Shown here: positions 21,320-27,345 of the stretch, one piece after another | Position numbering within the stretch: the stretch's first letter is position 1 | Layout: every line of letters begins with the position of its first letter | NCBI GenBank assembly: GCA_030167865.1 | Contig: JALAGF010000504.1 | Location: forward strand, 124,001 to 151,345 | Reading direction: 5' to 3' | DNA from: Craspedostauros australis | Taxonomy: Eukaryota | Length of the DNA: 27,345 nucleotides | Position numbers and translations under genes: made by a program | Notes under the pieces: model-generated | Database searches by the model: none | Seen by the model: the letters and a program-made list of their open reading frames with translations, nothing else | Told to the model about the DNA's origin: nothing

Positions 21320-24112
21320 CTTGCTTGAGGTTGCTCGTCTTGTTGCCGATGAAGAAAGCGACCACTCTCCAACTCCGAGTATGGCAGTCGGGAGGCACGG
21401 ACTCTTTGAGACTGCGGAAAATCCTGTTGGTCCCAAGTTCCTCTTGTTTGCCGCAATCACTATTGCCACGGCTGTCACACCTGCGGATGAATGTAGAGTC
21501 TTCCGATCGCTGTGCTGCTCAATGCCGCTCTACACCGTGCTGTGTACCCCGTGCGAGGATGTTTGTGTGGCAAGGAAGGACGTTGGGCAAGGCTGTGTTG
21601 CGTCGCAATTGGCTTTCTTCCTCCTGTTCTTGTGGTCTTGTTCTGTTCGCAAGTCCTCTTCTCGCTCTGCGTGTACTTCCCGTACGAAAGTCTACGGGAG
21701 GCAGATTTAAAAATTGGAGGAATTTCGGCGCGATGGGCAAAACTCTGTTGCTGTTTTTGTGCGATTTCGTGGTTGAACCAGAGAGCAGGGAATTCCAATA
21801 CTTTTCTGCGGTGTGCGATCGTGGTCTCGCGTCTCTTCCTCGGTGCTCTCCTCCTTGATGCTGCTCTTCTCAATAACGGTAAGGCAACAGAATGGTCCTC
21901 CGCAAATTGCCGAATCAAGTGTTGGGATGGTCTGTTGATATGCAAAATGAGGATGCTGGTGGATGTTTCGTTGCGGTTTGTCACTTTGTTGATTTGCTTG
22001 GTGGATGAGTTGCAGCTGGATTTGTTGTGCTCTGCCTTGCGTCTGTCGTCGATGCCTTTGGCCGTGGAGGTTTGTTGACGAGGTGAAGCAGATGTGTGAT
22101 GGTGTTGTCCTCTTCGTCCTTGGCTCTTTGATCGGGAAGGCAGGAAGGAGGGATGCTGGGCACGTGGTGTGCATGTTGGATGATGACTGTCGCAACCACG
22201 AAGCGACGGCGGATGGCGCCCTTTTTCGCGGGAAGCGATCTGATTCAACTCAGCGCAGTGTCTGCATGCGAATCCCACGCGGAAGCCTCCGTGCTGCCAG
22301 CGCTGCTGCGGCCTGTTTGAATCCCATCTGTACATAAGGCAGCCGTCTGACACCCGTTATGAGCGTTAGTAGGTACGTTTCTGTTTGAATTCAACTGGAT
22401 TTATGGCTTGTGACAGATTTTGAACACTGTGGTGGCCAAACTGTGCGCCTTGCCCATGGTTCTGTGTCGCATCCGAAACGCACGAGGCGTCTAACACATC
22501 TTGTTCATCTTCCTTGTGGAGGACGGTTGGCGGGATGCTTCCATTTCAATTGTGCCAAACACATCTTGTGAGGACACATGTCTGAGTGTTGCCACCACAG
22601 AGAGTACGAGCTATTGGACTGTGTGTGAGTTGGATGGAGCACAGGCGATGCCAACATCCCTTGTGAGTGACATGTGCCACCACAATACGACCAGCTCCTA
22701 CTCCACCACTCCACACAACTCAACTCATCTCTGCGGGCGTGAATGTGCCACATTTGAGTGTGTTTAAATTCAAAGCATCGGATGCAACATGCTGCGTTGC
22801 TTCTTGAGTGGGGGCAGAGTGCCGGTATTTGTTGTAAAGTATAATATTCTATGTTGGGGCGGGGAGAGAACATGACATGATGACTCTCCTCATTAGAGTA
22901 CCATACTCTGCGCCTACAAGTATTCTACTATATATTGAGTCATACAAGTACTCTACAAGTATTATATTCTACAATATAATATGTGACTTTATTCTCTTCT
23001 GTATCCGTATCCTCTCTTCTGCATTCCCTCCTCCTCTTCTCCTCTCTGATCTCCCCTCCTTCGTGGACCTTGGATGGACATCTGCAAACTGGCAACGGGA
23101 ATGTTCCGACAGACGTCGGAGGCAGCACTGCTGCTGATACTAACAGCGAAGGCCGAAGCAGCAACAATACAGTATCATAGAAAAAAACATTTTGTACACA
23201 GAGCAACGCGCCACAGCTCTCCGGAGAGAGGAGGACTTCAAGTATAATAGAATACTATTCTATGACCAACAAACAACAATCCCAAGAGCGTTGCAACAGT
23301 ATGATGCGGTGGGTCAACACCACGGAGAATGGGGTAACGGAACGGCTATGAGGTATTGGTACTTTCTCTCTCCTCTCTCTCTCTTCCTACCCAGAGATGC
23401 CACTCTCTCATCTCTTTCCTGTTCGCATTCACCGCTTCTCTTCGTTGCTGACGCTTGTCTGATCGCGTTCTTTCGGCTTCTTTTTGTGCTTTGCGCTTCG
23501 TCTCTTCACATGTGATTCATTCGACTGCTTGTATATCTCTAGACTGATCTGGAATGTACAATTCCGCGTATGCATGGACAGACATTGGCAACAGCAACCA
23601 ACGAAAACAACCTCGTTGTCGCCTCATCGTCGTTTCGCTCATCTCTTTCGTTTCTTGTTCCTCCCCCACCAACCCAACCCGCTCATGCCGACAACCGCAA
23701 CCACAGAGAGCTCCATCCGAAGTGTTTTCTGTGTTGCGTTGCGATGCGTTCGTTCCCGTTGGACAGAATCACAGAGAGAAGCAATCGATCAAAGGGAGGG
23801 AGCAAGAGAGCGAGAGAAAGAGTACCAGAGATACGAGTTGACAGACAACTTTCTGTCCTTCTCGTCGTACTTGCACGAGTACTTGTACCACATCTCATCA
23901 TTCGTTGCCATCTCTTGAGTTGGGTTGTCATCACAACGCACATCGCGAGCATCCCGAGAACACATCTCTTGCATTTGCAACGCACCAGAGCAACAAACAA
24001 GGGAAGGAACAGCCGCATCGTCCATATAGGAAGCTCCCGATACTATACGACACACTGCTACGCCCAACCACCATTGCATTGATAGAACTTGGAATTCTTT
24101 GAGAGAGCCATC

Positions 24113-26586
24113 ATGCCGATCTACAACTTCAAGAAGATGGCGCCGGTGCCGGCTGCACCCGATCTCGTCGACATCGTGTTGATGAGGACGCAGCGAAAGA
24201 CCCCCACAGTCGTTCACCCGGGCTACAAGATCACCAGAATCCGGTCGTTCTAGTGAGTATCGCACAGCTCTCATCACGCATAATGGCTCATGGTTCATGT
24301 CTCATGGTTCATGTCTCAGGACAGAGCGCATGAAAGACGCAAGCATTTCCTTCGGCAGGGAAAGCACACACAGCGAATCGAGATCAGGAATCAAACTCAC
24401 ATCAACGATTTCATTCCCTTGCTGCTTCCTACGTACCCGTATCCTGTTCCACCTATTCCAACGTTTCACGCTGCGGCATCATGCGGAATCCTTGGATAAA
24501 TTCAACAATGATGGAACGTTTGGCGCATCATCCACGTAAACACATTCGCACGCTCCACGGCCATGCAATCCGCACTTCTGTCCATCAATCCAAAAAAACC
24601 AGCATGAGAAAGATCAAATTCACTCAGCAAACCATCTCGGAGAGGCTGTCGCAGATATTGACCGACTTTCCCAGGCTCAATGACATTCATCCGTTCTACG
24701 CGGATCTTTGCAACACCCTCTACGACAAGGATCATTACAAGCTGGCGCTGGGTCAACTCAATACGACTCGTGCGCTGGTGGACTCCATCGCCCGCGACAT
24801 GATCCGCATGGTCAAGTACGGTGACTCCGCCTACAGGTGCAAATGCCTCAAGCGCGCTGCCTTGGGACGCATGTGCACCGTGCTCAAGCGACAGAAGGCA
24901 TCGCTGGCGTACCTCGAGGAGGTCCGTAAGCACATGTCGCGTCTGCCCGCCCTGGATCCCAACACCCGCACGTTGCTCATGTGCGGATTGCCCAACGTCG
25001 GAAAGTCCAGCTTCATGAACAAGATCACCAGGGGCAACGTCGACGTGCAGCCGTACGCCTTCACGACGAAGTCCCTCTTCGTGGGTCACTGCGACTACCG
25101 TTACCTCCGATGGCAGGTCATCGACACGCCAGGAATTCTGGATCACTCCCTGGAGGAGCGCAACACCATCGAGATGCAGGCCATCATCGCGCTTGCACAC
25201 TTGACCTGCAGCGTCTTGTACTTCGTCGATATTTCCGAGCACTGCGGGTACACCATCGAGCAGCAATGTTCCCTGTTCGAGAGCATCAAGCCATTGTTTG
25301 CCAACAAGCAGCTCATCATCGTCGTCAACAAGGTCGACGAGCAACCATGGGAGACGTTGGAGTCGGAGAAGAAGGAGATGGTCCAATCCCTCGCGGACGA
25401 CGCCAATTGCTCCATCATGACCATGTCCAACCTTTCCGAGCACGGCGTGTCGGAGGTCAAGGCGGCTGCCTGCGACAAGCTCTTGGAGAACCGCGTCGAG
25501 AACCGCGTGACTGGAAAGAAGGTCGAGGGTGTGATGAACCGTCTCCAGGTCTTCCAACCAGCTCCGCGCGACAACGTCGAACGCCAGGCGCACATTCCCG
25601 ACTCCGTAAAGCAAGCGCAAACGGACGGGCGCGTGGGATCTGCCGACCACAAGCCAAAGCGCACCATGTCGGGGTACGCACCCACGAAGGAATCCGCCGA
25701 CGGAGACGGCGACGCCGAAATGGGCACCACCATCGCTAAGAAGACGGCCCGCGATCTCATGTGGGAAAATGGCGGTCCTGGTGTTTGGGCTCCGGATTAC
25801 CGCGAGCAGTACGACCTGAAGGAGCCGGAGTGGCGCTTCGATGCCATCCCCGAGATCATGAACGGAAGGAACATTGCGGATTACGTCGATCCGGACATCG
25901 AAAAGAAGCTGGCCGATCTTGAAGAGGAGGAGGACCAGCTCATGAACGAGCTCGAGGCCGCCAAAATGGGCGAAGACCCAGAATCCGATCTGGACAGCGA
26001 GGAGGAGGCGGCTGTGGAGGCCATCCGATCGAAGAAAAAGATCATCCGCCAGAAATCGCACATGGACAGCACCGGCAACAAGCCCATCCGTCCGCGCGAG
26101 ATCCGTGGCCGACGCATGGATATGCACGACTCCGGCGTCCGCAACAGCTCCGCCATCCGCAAGACTATGGGCGAGCTCGGTGTCGACACTGGCGAAATGC
26201 TGGAACGTGGCCGAAAGACCGAGCGAGGTCGTGAGCGCAAACGCGCTCGTTCGCGTCTTCGCGGCAGCGCTGCCGGCAGCGAAGAGGACGATGCCGAGAT
26301 GGAGGATGGCGACCTGACAAAGACCCAGGCGAAGAAGAAGCGCCGCGAGCGTTCCGAGGCTGCCAAGAGGGACCCCAGCATCACCAGGAGCCATTCCAGA
26401 CCGCGTGACCCATCCCAGGTCGGGCTCTTCACAGAGGACGCTGTGAAGGCAGCAAAGAAGCTGGACAAGCAAGCTCAGAAGGGTTGGGTCGGCGGTGCTG
26501 GAGAGGGCGACAACCGCAAGGCCGTGCACCTCGTGAAGTGGATGAATACCGGAAAGAAGCGCAATGGCACTCACTACTGCCGCTAA
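24113..26586 (+). CDS. NOG1: Nucleolar GTP-binding protein 1 (NOG1/GTPBP4), 707 aa; exon 1 24113-24252, exon 2 24603-26586
   Basis: Exon 1 [13 protein letters not shown]...[22 protein letters not shown] is the conserved NOG1 N-terminus; Tyr codon split TA|C gives FYMRKIK. G motifs [26 protein letters not shown]-like [22 protein letters not shown]-terminus [11 protein letters not shown]. Confidence 0.96.
24253..24602 (+). other. Spliceosomal intron of NOG1, 350 nt, phase 2
   Basis: Donor GTGAGT at 24253, acceptor CCAG ending at 24602; splicing restores RSFYMRK. Confidence 0.92.
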
Positions 26587-27020
26587 GTTCCCGACTTTCG
26601 CTGACACGTACCAATACTAGTCCGGTAGAGAAAGCACTCTGCTCACTCGTTTCTCACATACAAAACAAGGATACATTTAAAGTCGTCCTTTTGATGTAAG
26701 ACAGAAATCTGTGCAATAAACTATTCGGAGTCATATCGTGTACATTATTCCATTTGCAATCCCATTTTGTGATGCTCCAATTAAGTGGCTTTCCAGGGTA
26801 GAGGCGAGAAATACACAATCCTACTGTATAGTATGATGTTCTAATGTATTGAGTTCTATTGTAGGGTATTCTATTGTATGATATGTTTGTGTATGGTGAA
26901 AATTGTGTGCGTCTGTATGTAGACGGGCAGTGTGATGCTGTGGTATTCATGGTTGCGTACTCGTTCGACAATTGGCTGCAACCGCATCTGCGACTTCAAG
27001 TCTAAGCGCAGGAAAGCAAG

Positions 27021-27345
27021 CTACTGAACCATCATGGCTGGCAGCACCTTGTGCAGAACAGGACTGAACCATTGCTGGACGATGTCCCTCGATCCGTACC
27101 ATCTCGATTCCGAGGCTTCGGATGCGTCAGATGTGTGTTGATCGTGCTCATGTTGATGCTGATGCTGGTTCTGCAGCATGGAGGTGTGGTACACGTTGTC
27201 CAAGGTGATCTGGAGATTGGAACCCTCCAGGTGCGCAAGCGGGACAGGGACGATGCCATCGCCGTCCTGGTGTCCTTGACCAGACAGCAACTTGTACGAT
27301 TGGTACGCAAGCATGTGATCAGCATCTGGCTGTGAGGTGATGGTG
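27021..27345 (-). CDS. 3' end (partial) of a probable alpha/beta hydrolase, PGAP1-like/lipase family
   Basis: Frame is open from the window edge to TAG at 27023-27021: ...AYQSYKLLSGQGHQDGDGIVPVPLAHLEGSNLQITLDNVYHTS...WYGSRDIVQQW, resembling the GDGxVP...AHLEG...H...WYGS C-terminus of algal/plant/cyanobacterial esterase-like proteins. The nucleophile motif lies outside the window. Confidence 0.65.
   Translation of the reverse strand, partial: TITSQPDADHMLAYQSYKLLSGQGHQDGDGIVPVPLAHLEGSNLQITLDNVYHTSMLQNQHQHQHEHDQHTSDASEASESRWYGSRDIVQQWFSPVLHKVLPAMMVQ

Noticed and set aside
22222-22234. E2F-like site TTTTTCGCGGGAA
   Set aside because: Single short match with unknown TSS and no supporting context.
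21475-22353. 292-aa - strand ORF and overlapping + strand ORFs upstream of the EF-hand gene
   Set aside because: Low-complexity UTR/promoter-like composition, no motifs, overlapping in several frames.
22983-23180. 65-aa ORF in the AT-rich island
   Set aside because: Non-ATG start, CT-repeat-derived N-terminus, no homology recognised.
24481-24602. ORF-track N-terminus of NOG1 (MRNPWINS...)
   Set aside because: Intronic; the conserved N-terminus is on exon 24113-24252.
24502-26607. 701-aa - strand ORF
   Set aside because: Antisense shadow of NOG1, same codon-bias explanation.

Overview
Gene-dense eukaryotic nuclear DNA, most likely a diatom or related heterokont alga (GT-AG introns, a signal-peptide/F-A-P-type bipartite plastid leader). 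It holds five complete genes and one partial gene: (1) a ~2420-aa NBAS/Sec39-like tether on + with an added UBA domain, a Pro-rich tail and a Trp/acidic C-terminus; (2) proteasome ATPase RPT6 on -, 2 exons; (3) plastid-targeted transketolase on -, whose targeting exon is separated from the enzyme by a 980-nt intron; (4) a ~1950-aa uncharacterised protein on - built from four EF-hand-like modules, each ending in PWL(E/K)L(L/M)DL(K/R/S)(K/H)(W/V) and joined by Q/H/P-rich linkers; (5) nucleolar GTPase NOG1 on +, 2 exons; (6) the 3' end of a probable PGAP1-like alpha/beta hydrolase on - at the right edge. No tRNA, rRNA, CRISPR array or intact mobile element was recognised. The best leads are the four-module EF-hand protein, possible alternative targeting of transketolase from inside its long intron, and the NBAS-UBA architecture. 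Family assignments are from motif recall, not database searches.
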